Below, one piece after another: positions 1 through 9,928 of a stretch of DNA of 64,000 nt. The notes below the pieces were generated by a model, which was not told where the DNA came from, did not search any database, and worked only from the letters and a program-made list of their open reading frames with translations. A program made the translations under genes and the position numbers. Source of the DNA: an uncultured Clostridia bacterium (lineage in GTDB: Bacteria; Bacillota; Clostridia; Christensenellales; UBA1242); assembly GCA_944362705.1 (NCBI GenBank), contig CALVTO010000002.1, forward strand, positions 140,818-204,817. The letters are read 5' to 3'. Every line of letters starts with the position of its first letter. Within the stretch, counting starts at the first letter, position 1.

Positions 1-441
1 ACCCTGTGTACTAAAAAAGTGGGCATAGGTTGCGCCTGTGTTTCCGTGCGCATCTTCTCCTGCTGAAATAGCCACAACAGAAAACAGTGTTTTTGCTGTA
101 ACAGCCGAAACATTTTCGGTTCCATTGGGATAAACTTGTATAATATTATCTTGTTGTATTTGTTGTGCAAATTTGTTTTGCGCAATGGCTTGTACCAAAA
201 GCGTGCATAAAACAATGTTAAGTACAAGTAATAAAGCAAATAAAATACCAAATACGTGCTTTTTTTGTACTTGTACACTCGACGTATTTTTAGCAGATGT
301 TACTTTTGTCGTTCCGCGTGATGGTTGTGCATATTTCTGCTCTCTGGGGGATGTTGGCCACGCTCGACGTGTTTGACCAACGTTTCTCGAACGCGAAATG
401 GGCACATCATCGTATGGTATTTTATTTACGCTTTTCTCCAT
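1..441 (-). CDS. 5' part of a CDS running off the left edge: basic N-terminal tail, one TM helix, then the start of an extracytoplasmic domain (HtrA-like protease is only a guess)
   Basis: The minus frame is open from the ATG at 439-441 to position 1 (147 codons, no stop). Translation: MEKSVNKIPYDD...HVFGILFALLLVLNIVLCTLLV...SVVAISAGEDAHGNTG. There is a TAATG overlap with the stop of the upstream ORF. It is absent from the ORF track because it has no stop. Confidence 0.5.
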   Translation of the reverse strand, partial: MEKSVNKIPYDDVPISRSRNVGQTRRAWPTSPREQKYAQPSRGTTKVTSAKNTSSVQVQKKHVFGILFALLLVLNIVLCTLLVQAIAQNKFAQQIQQDNIIQVYPNGTENVSAVTAKTLFSVVAISAGEDAHGNTGATYAHFFSTQG

Positions 442-1973
442 TATTTTACTTCCAATTTACTCCTTTTAATTAGCATATATACTCCGTAAGCAATCACTCC
501 TACCACGGCAATACCCAACATGACGCCAATAAAAATATAGGTTTGGGTATTGGACCCCGCGTTTACATTTTGCGCTTGTATGGAAACAACAACCGCGTCA
601 TACACTTTTTCATTTTCGGTGCCCGCGTTTGCAATAGGCGTTATGATAATTTTTGCGCTACCTTCGCCCACCGCTTTATAGGTAATGGTTTTTGTTGCCG
701 TGTTTACTTCAACAATTTCTAATACACTCTTATTGGAACTTTCTACAAAAACTTGTACATGTTCACTAGAAATATCTACAAGCGTATATGTAAATGTATA
801 GGTTTCACCCACCGTTAAATTTTGTGAAGTTGTTCCCAATTTTACAGGGTAATACACCTCTACACCTTTTACCAAGAATTCGGCCATCGTATATTTTTCT
901 GAGCCACTAACGACATATTCGTAAGAAATCATATAATTTCCCGTATATAAAAGTTCAAGCGACACCCCTTTTTGTACATCTTTAAACTTAATGGTTGTGC
1001 TTCCTTTTTCATAACTTGGGTGCGTAATACGTATTTGCCAATGATCTAAATTAGACGTTGAAATCATTTTATCGCCCCACCACGCGTATGTGATTGCGGG
1101 CGTTGACCCATCGGTTGGTTGTAGCGCTGGTAATGTGTATACATCGCCTTGATACACACTTAGGCCTTGCTCTACTCTATTTTGCAAGTAACCAAAACTC
1201 GCTTTACAGTTTCGTATAGATTTTGCTTCTACAACGCTGGCTGACGTGTTTTGCATAGCATCAATATAAAAATGGTAAAAATATTTTGTATAACATGTAC
1301 CTGCAATATTTGCCTGTGTATCGTACTCACAAACTTCTATACTTGTAAACGTTAAGTATTTTCCACCTGCATATACCGTTCCAATTTGACTGAGTTTGGT
1401 ATTATCTTCATATGTCTCTTGGTACATAGGAAGTTGAATTAAAAACCATGCATTCGGTTCGATAACCGAACCGGCACTTCCTTCTGTATTTTTCTTCATT
1501 TGGGCGTTCAAATATTCTGGCTCTAAGTTCCATTCTAAGTACGCACTATCTGAAACTTTTAATTTTACATGTAAACCACGAGTGGTATTATCTGCATTAT
1601 AATACCAAAAATATAAAGAATATTTTGTTGCTGTTTTATCAGTAGAATACGGAATATCGGTATAACTGTTTACAGGTATTTGTATGGGCGAAAAAGCATC
1701 TATATAACTTGTACTACCCGTTATGTTATCCGTAGGGATACTAAAATACCCTTCTTCTACCCCTGTTGTGCTTTCACCACTTTCATCCCAAACCGTAAAC
1801 GGTGATGTGGCTAGCCCATCGTTGGTATAAGGGTGATACAACTCTCTATATGTAGCCGATAAAGATTGTGCGCTGGCCATATGTGACGAAACACTTGTTC
1901 CCACGAAAACAATAGCGCAAATACATAACGCTATACAACCTAAAACTTGATACCATAATTTATGTTGTTTCAT
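441..1973 (-). CDS. Surface protein with signal peptide, Ig-like (Big_2-like) C-terminal domain and C-terminal TM anchor
   Basis: 510-aa ORF. The N-terminal signal/TM is LGCIALCICAIVFVGTSVSS..ASAQS. It has an Ig-like segment (TITYKAVGEGSAKIIITPIANAG) and a C-terminal hydrophobic helix plus KRSK. Confidence 0.6.
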   Translation of the reverse strand: MKQHKLWYQVLGCIALCICAIVFVGTSVSSHMASAQSLSATYRELYHPYTNDGLATSPFTVWDESGESTTGVEEGYFSIPTDNITGSTSYIDAFSPIQIPVNSYTDIPYSTDKTATKYSLYFWYYNADNTTRGLHVKLKVSDSAYLEWNLEPEYLNAQMKKNTEGSAGSVIEPNAWFLIQLPMYQETYEDNTKLSQIGTVYAGGKYLTFTSIEVCEYDTQANIAGTCYTKYFYHFYIDAMQNTSASVVEAKSIRNCKASFGYLQNRVEQGLSVYQGDVYTLPALQPTDGSTPAITYAWWGDKMISTSNLDHWQIRITHPSYEKGSTTIKFKDVQKGVSLELLYTGNYMISYEYVVSGSEKYTMAEFLVKGVEVYYPVKLGTTSQNLTVGETYTFTYTLVDISSEHVQVFVESSNKSVLEIVEVNTATKTITYKAVGEGSAKIIITPIANAGTENEKVYDAVVVSIQAQNVNAGSNTQTYIFIGVMLGIAVVGVIAYGVYMLIKRSKLEVK

Positions 1974-2050
1974 ATAGTTAGTGTAAAACTCCTATCTCTT
2001 TTTATGCAAAGTATAATATGTAGGCCTTTGCGTTGTCAAATAAACACTGT

Positions 2051-2719
2051 TTATTTCTCCCAGCGAATAGGCTCTTGCCCGTGTTGTTGCAAAAACGCAT
2101 TACATTGCGAAAAGGGCTTTGACCCGAAAAAACCCTGGTAAGCTGACAACGGGCTTGGGTGCGCTGAACAGATCACTTTATGCAAAGGGTTATGAATATA
2201 TTTTGCTTTATTTTTTGCATTTGCACCCCATAGTATAAATACCATAGGCGCATTTTTTTCTGCCAATTTTTGAATAACAACATCGGTAAATGTTTGCCAA
2301 CCATATTCTTTATGTGCATTTGGCTTACTTTCTTCTACCGTAAGAACCGTGTTAAGCAAAAATACACCTTGTTTTGCCCAAGATTGTAAAAAACCATTAC
2401 GATTTTGCATAGAAACATGCAAATCAGTTTCTAATTCTTTAAAAATGTTTTTTAACGATGGCGGTAAAGGAATTCCCGGCAGTACGGAAAAACTTAGACC
2501 ATGCGCTTGCCCTGGTTGATGGTATGGGTCTTGCCCTAAAATAACAACACGCACTTGATCGTATGGGGTTAAATGAAACGCTTGAAACACCTGATGTTGT
2601 GGCGGATATATGTTTTTGTTTTTATATTCTTGGTGTAATTTTTCAAGCATATGCATAAAATATGGCTTTTGTATTTCTGTTTGCAAGACATCGTCCCATG
2701 AATTTCGAAATAATTGCAT
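2051..2719 (-). CDS. ung: Uracil-DNA glycosylase (family 1)
   Basis: Carries the GQDPYH water-activating motif and the HPSPLSA leucine-loop motif. Length is 222 aa. Confidence 0.95.
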   Translation of the reverse strand: MQLFRNSWDDVLQTEIQKPYFMHMLEKLHQEYKNKNIYPPQHQVFQAFHLTPYDQVRVVILGQDPYHQPGQAHGLSFSVLPGIPLPPSLKNIFKELETDLHVSMQNRNGFLQSWAKQGVFLLNTVLTVEESKPNAHKEYGWQTFTDVVIQKLAEKNAPMVFILWGANAKNKAKYIHNPLHKVICSAHPSPLSAYQGFFGSKPFSQCNAFLQQHGQEPIRWEK

Positions 2720-2814
2720 ATCTACCTCTTTTTACATGTACATTGTAGCACATAAACGCAAATTTCACAACAAAACAGTGCATAAAAAAATGCAGGCACA
2801 TGCCTGCATATACA

Positions 2815-3231
2815 TTATCTCTTAGAGAATTGTGGAGCTTTACGAGCTTTCTTCAAACCATATTTTTTACGTTCTTTCATACGAGGGTCACGTGTTAAGT
2901 AACCTGCTGCTTTTAATTCTGGTTTAAAGCTTTCGTTTGCAATAACCAAAGCACGTGCAATACCATGACGAATGGCACCTGCTTGACCTGTAAACCCACC
3001 ACCATAAACGTTAACCACTACATCGTACTTTTCTTGTGTGTTTGTTAAAACAAGTGGTTGACGAACAATTGTTTTTAAAGTTTCCAAATGGAAATACGCA
3101 TCGATACTTTCTTTATTGATGGTAATGGTTCCTTTACCTTCTGGAATTAAACGAACGCGAGCAATCGCTTTTTTTCTTCTACCGGTGCCCCAGAATTGCA
3201 CCTTTTTATTTGCTGTTTTCTTTCCTGCCAT
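2815..3231 (-). CDS. rpsI: 30S ribosomal protein S9
   Basis: Contains [19 protein letters not shown] and a C-terminal KKAPQFSKR. Paired with rplM. Confidence 0.97.
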   Translation of the reverse strand: MAGKKTANKKVQFWGTGRRKKAIARVRLIPEGKGTITINKESIDAYFHLETLKTIVRQPLVLTNTQEKYDVVVNVYGGGFTGQAGAIRHGIARALVIANESFKPELKAAGYLTRDPRMKERKKYGLKKARKAPQFSKR

Positions 3232-3237
3232 GATTTT

Positions 3238-3681
3238 TTACCTCTTTTCTACCAATTTAATTTCTACTGGGTTTTGTGCTTGATGATTGTGTTCTGCGCC
3301 TTTGTAAACGCGTAATTTTTTAATCATTTGACGACCAATGCGGTTTTTAGGTAACATACCTTTTACTGCTTCGCGTACAACAAAATCTGATTTTTCTTTC
3401 ATCAATTTATCATAGCCAATTTCTTTTAAACCACCAATATAAAGTGTGTGATAACGATAAAATTTTTGTTCCATTTTTTTACCAGTTAACACAAGTTTGT
3501 CAGAATTGATAACAATGACATGGTCACCACAATCGACAAATGGTGTAAACTCTGGTTTATTTTTACCGCGTAAAATGCTTGCTACTTGGCTGGCTAAACG
3601 ACCTAGTGGCATACCTGTTGCATCTACAACATACCATTTTCTATCTGACTCTTTAACATTTTTTGCCATTACTGTTTTCAT
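3238..3681 (-). CDS. rplM: 50S ribosomal protein L13
   Basis: N-terminus reads [18 protein letters not shown], typical of uL13. It sits upstream of rpsI. Confidence 0.97.
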   Translation of the reverse strand: MKTVMAKNVKESDRKWYVVDATGMPLGRLASQVASILRGKNKPEFTPFVDCGDHVIVINSDKLVLTGKKMEQKFYRYHTLYIGGLKEIGYDKLMKEKSDFVVREAVKGMLPKNRIGRQMIKKLRVYKGAEHNHQAQNPVEIKLVEKR

Positions 3682-3800
3682 AATTTATTTAAACCTCTTA
3701 ACATTTCGTTTGTTTTAGCAAGATGCAAAAAGAGCAGTGTTCGGCCTGCCTTTGCACGCATATGCTTTTGTATTGTATAACACCAGCCATATTTTGTCAA
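3682..3800 (-). promoter_or_regulatory. rplM-rpsI promoter (TTGACA-17-TACAAT) plus a ~90-nt structured 5' leader (possible L13-type r-protein leader)
   Basis: On the minus strand the -35 TTGACA is at 3795-3800 and the -10 TACAAT at 3772-3777. The leader contains the stem GCAAAG...CUUUUUGC. The leader family was not verified. Confidence 0.5.
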
Positions 3801-3835
3801 TAAAAAACTTGAATTTCTTACGAAATTTTACGTTT

Positions 3836-4591
3836 TTATGCTTTTTCATCTAAACTTTCATACACAACGTTTTTTAAGTATAACCCATATGGAGGAACGG
3901 TTTCTCCTGCTAAGGTTCTCTTTTTTTGCTTAATGACGTTTTCTAAGTCTTGCACCGTAAGTTTTCCTTTACCAACTTGCAATAATGTTCCCATAAGAAT
4001 ACGCACCATGTTATACAAAAAGCCATTGCCTGTAACCACAAAGGCATACATATTTTCTGCCAAGTTTTCTATATGTGCTTCGTAAATAGTGCGAACAAAA
4101 TCGGTTTTCCCACTATTCTGTGCAACAAAAGCGCCCCAATCTTTCGTTCCAACCAAACATGCACATGCTTGTTGCATGGCTTGTATGTTTATTTCTTTAG
4201 GAATTTGCAATGCCCTATTTTCTAAAAAAGGGCGCGCGGTTTTTGAAACATAAAAGACATACATATACGTTTTTCTTTTTGCAGAAAACCTAGCATGAAA
4301 CGCATCATCTATTTTTTGAAGTTTTAAAAACTGAATATCTTTGGGTAAAAAGAAGTTTAAAGACCGCATAAGCGCATAAGCTTGTTTTTCATTTGCAAGC
4401 GCAAAAGAAACCACCTGCCCTAATGCATGCACGCCCGCATCGGTTCTTCCGCTTGCTTCTACCATAACTTCTTCCCCTGTAACTTTTTTAATTGCTTGCT
4501 CTAAGCACTGTTGCACGGTAGGAAGCCCCTCTTGTTTTTGAAACCCATGATACCCTGTTCCAATATACTCAATAACACCATAATATTTCAT
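3836..4591 (-). CDS. truA: tRNA pseudouridine(38-40) synthase TruA
   Basis: Carries the GRTDAGVHA catalytic Asp motif. Length is 251 aa, with classic truA-rplM-rpsI linkage. Confidence 0.9.
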   Translation of the reverse strand: MKYYGVIEYIGTGYHGFQKQEGLPTVQQCLEQAIKKVTGEEVMVEASGRTDAGVHALGQVVSFALANEKQAYALMRSLNFFLPKDIQFLKLQKIDDAFHARFSAKRKTYMYVFYVSKTARPFLENRALQIPKEINIQAMQQACACLVGTKDWGAFVAQNSGKTDFVRTIYEAHIENLAENMYAFVVTGNGFLYNMVRILMGTLLQVGKGKLTVQDLENVIKQKKRTLAGETVPPYGLYLKNVVYESLDEKA

Positions 4592-4732
4592 GCCTTTAGC
4601 ATACCCTAAAGCATAAAAAATTGCAAGTTTTATATGCTCTTCTCACGTTTGTTTGTATATTTCCTTTGACGGAAAAGCATTTTTTAGCATATACTTTATG
4701 TATATACTTATATTATATTTAGGAGAAAGAGT

Positions 4733-7700
4733 ATGCAAACGTTTATTACGGTAGACGGTAACACCGCTGCAAGCAACATTGCTTATAAATTTTCAGATAT
4801 GGCCATTGTTTATCCAATTACGCCATCATCTCCTATGGCCGAAAATGTAGATAAGTGGCAAGCCGACAACAAAACCAATCTTTGGGGTAACAAAGTACGT
4901 TTAACCCAAATGCAATCAGAAGCAGGCGCTGCCGCTGCTATGCATGGCGCGCTAAATGCAGGTAGTTTAGCAACCACCTTTACATCTTCTCAGGGGCTTT
5001 TACTTATGCTACCAAATATGTATAAAATGGCGGGCGAATGCTACCCTGCGGTTATTCATGTTGCCGCTCGAACCGTAGCTACACATGCTTTAAGCATATT
5101 TGGCGACCATTCGGATATTTACGCCGCCCGCACAACAGGGTTTAACATGCTATGTGCTTCTAACGTACAAGAAGCACAAGATTTTGCAGTGTTTGCGCAT
5201 GTAACTGCATTAAAAGCACAACTTCCGTTTTTACACTTTTTTGATGGGTTTAGAACAAGCCATGAAATTCACAAAATAGAAACAGTAGACGATGCTGTTT
5301 TACAACAGATGCTTCCTAAGCAAGCATTTTTAAATTTTAAAAAATCAGCACAATCGAGTGCGCACCCAACGCAACGTGGAACAGCGCAAAACCAAGATGT
5401 TTATTTTCAAAACCGAGAACTAAGCGAAGTTTTATACCGCAATGTTCCTACGCTTTTGGAACAAACGATGCGTGAGTTTCAAACGCATACAGGCAGAAGT
5501 TACCATTTGTTTGATTACGAAGGAGCTCCTGATGCTACAGATGTTATTGTTGCCATGGGTAGCGGTACAGAAACGATTGCCGAAACAGTAGCGTTTTTAC
5601 AAGCGCAAGGTAAAAAAGTGGGCGTTGTAAAAGTGCGTTTATTTCGCCCTTTTTCTGCAGAGCATTTTTTAAACGCTTTACCGTTAAGCACAAAAAATAT
5701 TACCGTGTTAGACAGGACAAAAGAGTGTGGTGCTATGGGAGAACCATTATATGAAGAAGTATGCACTGTTTTACAAGAATTTGCACGGGACAAAATAAAA
5801 ACGTTTGCCGGACGATATGGGTTAGCCAGCAAAGAATTTACACCGGCTATGGTGGTTGCTGTTTTTGAAAACATGCAAGCAAAAGCACCTAAAAATCATT
5901 TTTCTGTAGGTATTCAAGACGATATTTTACACAACAGTTTGCCAATAAACCACGCGTTTTACATACCGCAAAACGGTACAATGCAATGCAAATTTTATGG
6001 CTTAGGTAGCGACGGAACGGTTAGTGCAAACAAAGCAAGCATACAAATTATTGGTCAACAAACACCCCTTTATGCCCAAGGCTATTTTATGTACGACAGC
6101 AAAAAAAGCGGCAGTGTAACCGTTTCGCACTTAAGATTTGGGAAAGAGCCGATTCGCTCCACGTATTTAGTGGAATACCCAAATTTTGTGGCGTGCCACA
6201 ACCCTACCTTTTTACAAAAGTTTGATTGTTTAGAAGGCATAGCAGAACACGGTATTTTTCTATTAAACGCACCTTGGGATATGGAAATGTTAGAAAAAGA
6301 ATTGCCCGCACAAGTAAAACAAACTTTGGCAAAAAAACAAATACAAATATATATCATTGACGCGCAACATATTGCTCAGACCATTGGTTTAAATAAACGC
6401 ATAAACACCATAATGCAAGCTTGCTTTTTTAAATTAACCAAGTTATTGCCTTGGGAAACTGTAAAAACCCTTATGAAAGAAGCAGCAACAAAAAATTACG
6501 CAAGCAAAGGCGACGCTGTTGTGCAAATGAACTATAAAGCCATTGATGTTGCTGACGAATATTTACAAAAAGTTGTGGTTCCTGCGCATTGGCTACAAGC
6601 GACCAGCAACGCCAGCAACAACGCGATAGAAGACGCATATTACACAAACTTTATAAACCCTATTTTATCTATGAAAGGTGACGCATTACCACTTTCCGCT
6701 TTTTCTGTAAAAGGCGAAGTAAAAACGAGTACAAGCAGATTAGAAAAACGTAATATTGCCACAAGTTTACCAGCATGGATTGCGGAAAACTGTATTCAAT
6801 GTAACCAATGCGCACTCGTGTGTCCACATGCATGCTTACGCCCCGTTTTGCTACCTGAAAATGCTTCTTTAATAAAAGAAGTAGGCGCCGTGCCTGCACT
6901 AGGGATTCCGGGATATTATTACAAAATGCAACTCTCCCCTATGGACTGCACGGGTTGCGGAAACTGTGCACATGTTTGCCCTGCTTTAAAAAAGGCGTTA
7001 GAAATGCAAGATAAAGAAAAAATACTTGATGTGCAAGCTGCATTATATTATAAGCTTAGAAATGTAGATAACCCTGCAACAATGTTTTCTAAATTTAGCG
7101 TAAAGGGGAGTCAGTTTGAACGACCATTGTTTGAATACAGTGGCGCGTGTGCAGGTTGTGGCGAAACGCCATACATAAAATTGTTAACGCAATTATTTGG
7201 TTCTACGCTTATGATTGCCAACGCAACTGGTTGTTCAAGTATTTATGGGGGCTCTTGCCCTACTTGCCCATACACAACGGATAAAAACGGACGTGGGCCT
7301 TCTTGGTCGAATAGTTTATTTGAAGACAACGCAGAATTTGCATTAGGTATGCATGTAGCGAACCAAGAAAATGAGCGACACCTTGAAGAGAAAATGAAAA
7401 CATTAGCACAAGCACAAGAAAGTGTTTCTGCTCTTGCAAAAACTTGGCTAGCAAAAGAAAATCGAACAGTAGAATTAGCCCAAGAAATAGAGCGCGAAAT
7501 TGTGTTAAATATGAAACGTAAAGATTCGTATGGCGCTTTGTACCAGGAAATTTACGCTTTACGCAATTATTTTGTACCACAAACCGTATGGGCTATTGGT
7601 GGCGATGGCTGGGCGTATGACATTGGTTTTGGCGGCATAGACCACGTGATAAGCACAAATGAGAATGTAAAAATTTTAATATTAGATACGGAGGTATATT

Positions 7701-8209
7701 CTAATACCGGCGGACAAGCTAGCAAAGCAACGCCAATAGGTAGTGTGGCTAAATTTGCCACCACAGGTAAAACGACGCAGAAAAAAGATTTAGCACGCAT
7801 TGCCATGACGTACCCAAACTGCTATGTTGCACAGGTTTCTATGGGTGCAAACCCAGCACAAACCATTCAAGCCTTTAAAGAAGCACAGGAGCACAACGGG
7901 CCTAGCATAATTATTGCTTACTGCCCTTGCATTAACCACGGCATAGATATGAGCCAAACGCAAGCGTATGAAAAAGAAGCAGTAACGAGCGGATACTGGA
8001 ACTTATTCCGCTACAACCCGAATCATGAGCATCCATTAACGCTAGACCCCCCATTCCCTGCTACTGATATACAAGCTTTTTTACAAAAGCAATCGAGATA
8101 TTTTACACTTATAAAGAAAAACCCTACGCACGCAGAACAACTGCTTGATGCGCAAAAAGAGCACGCGAAACAACATTACCAAACTTTAAAACAAGAGACG
8201 GAAAATTAA
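4733..8209 (+). CDS. nifJ: Pyruvate:ferredoxin (flavodoxin) oxidoreductase, single-polypeptide type
   Basis: 1158 aa. It has two ferredoxin-type CxxCxxCxxxCP motifs (CIQCNQCALVCP, CTGCGNCAHVCP) and the TPP region GGDGWAYDIG. An AGGAGA RBS precedes the start. Confidence 0.95.
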   Translation: MQTFITVDGNTAASNIAYKFSDMAIVYPITPSSPMAENVDKWQADNKTNLWGNKVRLTQMQSEAGAAAAMHGALNAGSLATTFTSSQGLLLMLPNMYKMAGECYPAVIHVAARTVATHALSIFGDHSDIYAARTTGFNMLCASNVQEAQDFAVFAHVTALKAQLPFLHFFDGFRTSHEIHKIETVDDAVLQQMLPKQAFLNFKKSAQSSAHPTQRGTAQNQDVYFQNRELSEVLYRNVPTLLEQTMREFQTHTGRSYHLFDYEGAPDATDVIVAMGSGTETIAETVAFLQAQGKKVGVVKVRLFRPFSAEHFLNALPLSTKNITVLDRTKECGAMGEPLYEEVCTVLQEFARDKIKTFAGRYGLASKEFTPAMVVAVFENMQAKAPKNHFSVGIQDDILHNSLPINHAFYIPQNGTMQCKFYGLGSDGTVSANKASIQIIGQQTPLYAQGYFMYDSKKSGSVTVSHLRFGKEPIRSTYLVEYPNFVACHNPTFLQKFDCLEGIAEHGIFLLNAPWDMEMLEKELPAQVKQTLAKKQIQIYIIDAQHIAQTIGLNKRINTIMQACFFKLTKLLPWETVKTLMKEAATKNYASKGDAVVQMNYKAIDVADEYLQKVVVPAHWLQATSNASNNAIEDAYYTNFINPILSMKGDALPLSAFSVKGEVKTSTSRLEKRNIATSLPAWIAENCIQCNQCALVCPHACLRPVLLPENASLIKEVGAVPALGIPGYYYKMQLSPMDCTGCGNCAHVCPALKKALEMQDKEKILDVQAALYYKLRNVDNPATMFSKFSVKGSQFERPLFEYSGACAGCGETPYIKLLTQLFGSTLMIANATGCSSIYGGSCPTCPYTTDKNGRGPSWSNSLFEDNAEFALGMHVANQENERHLEEKMKTLAQAQESVSALAKTWLAKENRTVELAQEIEREIVLNMKRKDSYGALYQEIYALRNYFVPQTVWAIGGDGWAYDIGFGGIDHVISTNENVKILILDTEVYSNTGGQASKATPIGSVAKFATTGKTTQKKDLARIAMTYPNCYVAQVSMGANPAQTIQAFKEAQEHNGPSIIIAYCPCINHGIDMSQTQAYEKEAVTSGYWNLFRYNPNHEHPLTLDPPFPATDIQAFLQKQSRYFTLIKKNPTHAEQLLDAQKEHAKQHYQTLKQETEN

Positions 8210-8214
8210 AAAAA

Positions 8215-8238
8215 GAAAGGCAAAAACGCCTTTCTTTT
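8215..8238 (+). terminator. Intrinsic terminator of nifJ
   Basis: Hairpin GAAAGGC-aaaaac-GCCTTTC followed by TTTT, 6 nt after the stop codon. Confidence 0.7.
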
Positions 8239-8421
8239 CATGTTTTTTATTTACATATGATTTACCAGAATATGTATATAATTTTTCTCACAAAATCATT
8301 TTATTATATTTTCATCAATGAAAACAACCTTTGCATACATAAGAAAGAAAACTTACAAAAGAATACTTTTTTACAAGAAAACACCCGAATTTCGACAATT
8401 TATTTTTGGTATATTTTCTTA

Positions 8422-8555
8422 TAAATGCAGTATACTATTACCAGAACCGGATAACTCCATGGGACGATAACCCACCGGTTCTCGCTTCCTTTTATTTTAA
8501 AAAAAGTTCGTTTTCGCTTTTCCGGACTTTCCCACCGATTTTCGGTGGTTTTTTT
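8422..8555 (+). ncRNA. Candidate small RNA / structured element (unclassified)
   Basis: An extended -10 (TGGTATATT) lies at 8407-8415. An 8-bp stem AGAACCGG/CCGGTTCT (8443-8450/8475-8482) is followed by a T-rich run, and the element ends in a strong plus-oriented terminator. No RBS-bearing ORF is present. Confidence 0.3.
8532..8555 (+). terminator. Plus-strand intrinsic terminator ending 5 nt from the convergent 108-aa ORF
   Basis: Hairpin CCACCGA-ttt-TCGGTGG followed by T7. The T-run is on the plus strand only. Confidence 0.65.
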
Positions 8556-8559
8556 ATGG

Positions 8560-8886
8560 TTAAATTGTTTTGATGGCTTCCCCGCCTGAAAAACCTGGTA
8601 GCGAACCTAATTTTAGTAGCATTTCCCATGGGGAATCTTCTTCTTGAATTCCCGCCATTTGGGCAATATCTTTTCTGTTTTGTGCTATACTAACCCACCT
8701 AGCAAATTCTGGGAACAACGTTTTTGATTGTTTATTGACTGAGCCCCATAAAGTATAGTCTACACAACCTAAACTTTTTTTCTTGCATAGTTGCTCTTGT
8801 TGAGGGTTTGAGTTGTATACATACATACCGTTTTCATAAGATAAAACACCCATGCAACAATTGTACTGATATAACTCTATTTTCAT
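8560..8886 (-). CDS. HipS-like protein (resembles N-terminal subdomain 1 of HipA)
   Basis: 108 aa. The pattern MKIELYQYNCCMGVLSYENGMYVY...TLFPEF...EMLLKLGSLPGFSGGEAI parallels HipA N-terminal / HipS sequences. An ATGA start-stop overlap with the upstream kinase ORF and an AAGGAGG RBS sit inside the kinase 3' end. Confidence 0.5.
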   Translation of the reverse strand: MKIELYQYNCCMGVLSYENGMYVYNSNPQQEQLCKKKSLGCVDYTLWGSVNKQSKTLFPEFARWVSIAQNRKDIAQMAGIQEEDSPWEMLLKLGSLPGFSGGEAIKTI

Positions 8887-9911
8887 CTTGCCCGCCCCTC
8901 CTTTTCTTGTAAATAATTTTCTGTATGTTTTTGCAATAACTTAAATAATCGTTCAACGCGATTGGTAAAAATAAATTGCGCATCTGTTTTTAAAAAAGCT
9001 TCGTTTTCACTCAAACCTGCTTTTGCACATGCTTTTTCTACAACATTTTCACCACGAATTTTATTGATAAAAAAGCTTTGCAATTCTGGATTTTGTAACA
9101 CAAGTTCTGCCAACTCATCTTCAAACGTCTCTAACATACCTTTTTTAGGAATCATGGTCCAAGCTCCGCTTGCTTGTTGGTATTTATCACATATTGTACA
9201 TGTGGATATACCTAACATTGGAGCGCATCTGTTAAATATGTTGTCTATCAAACCATATGGCCTTCTTGTATTGATGCTTTGTTCGGCCATGGTTTTTAAG
9301 TAAGTTGTTGAACGGTTATATTTAAAACAATTTCCATTGTCGTAAATTTGCGCTGGTATAAGTTTACCCTCTTCATTCACTAAAAATGTGACGTTGTATG
9401 CATGCCTATCCATCTGTCCGGTTAAATAATCTATTAAACACATTTTCTTTAACTGCATCATACAAGACTCGTCAATTTCTATTTCTGAGTTGTTTTGTTT
9501 TAAATTGTTTAAAGCCGCCTCATAACTATGTAACGTATTTTTTATACCTATTTCTTTCCCATTTTCATTATCATAAATAAAATTGCGGTAACCAATAAGT
9601 AGCGTGGCCCCACTAATTTCTACATATTTTTTAGGGTTATAGTCTTTTGTGATAACGCCATGGACTTCTACACCATTTTCTACAAAACTTGCTAAATGGT
9701 ACTCCGCGCATGGCAACCCAACCTGCCGACAAATTTCATAATATAAAATTTCACCAATATCTTCACAAGTATTATCTGCACTATTTTGCTTAAACAACCA
9801 TCTACCATCATCACGGTTTAAAAATTCAAACCAAAATTTTGCTCGCTTGCCACGTTGTTCTACACTGTTTTCTTTTACAATGTTTTGTGGCATAATATGT
9901 AATCTTTCCAT
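8883..9911 (-). CDS. HipA_C-like Ser/Thr kinase domain protein lacking the N-terminal subdomain
   Basis: 342 aa. It has a GKRAKFWF loop near the N-terminus, the catalytic motif D168-R-H-A-Y-N173 (LIDYLTGQMDRHAYN) and Y-D191-N-G. A GGAGAA RBS precedes the start. Confidence 0.65.
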   Translation of the reverse strand: MERLHIMPQNIVKENSVEQRGKRAKFWFEFLNRDDGRWLFKQNSADNTCEDIGEILYYEICRQVGLPCAEYHLASFVENGVEVHGVITKDYNPKKYVEISGATLLIGYRNFIYDNENGKEIGIKNTLHSYEAALNNLKQNNSEIEIDESCMMQLKKMCLIDYLTGQMDRHAYNVTFLVNEEGKLIPAQIYDNGNCFKYNRSTTYLKTMAEQSINTRRPYGLIDNIFNRCAPMLGISTCTICDKYQQASGAWTMIPKKGMLETFEDELAELVLQNPELQSFFINKIRGENVVEKACAKAGLSENEAFLKTDAQFIFTNRVERLFKLLQKHTENYLQEKEGRAR

Positions 9912-9928
9912 ATGTTTCTCCTATAAAA

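Noticed and set aside
173-376. 67-aa plus-strand ORF at the left edge
   Set aside because: The opposite strand carries a longer open frame with a start codon, a TM helix and plausible protein sequence continuing off the window. The plus-strand ORF is its antisense shadow.
8257-8424. 55-aa plus-strand ORF (MIYQNMYIIFL...) in the nifJ-hip intergenic gap, considered as a missing hipB-like partner
   Set aside because: It has no RBS, an AT-driven hydrophobic/Asn-rich composition and no HTH pattern, and it is on the wrong strand relative to the kinase operon.
8441-8557. Possible SRP (4.5S) RNA, because the minus strand contains GUCCGGAAAAGCG, which resembles the GGUCCGGAAGGAAGCAG domain IV motif
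   Set aside because: The symmetric and asymmetric loop context and the long closing helix of SRP RNA cannot be drawn. The terminator orientation favours the opposite (plus) strand.
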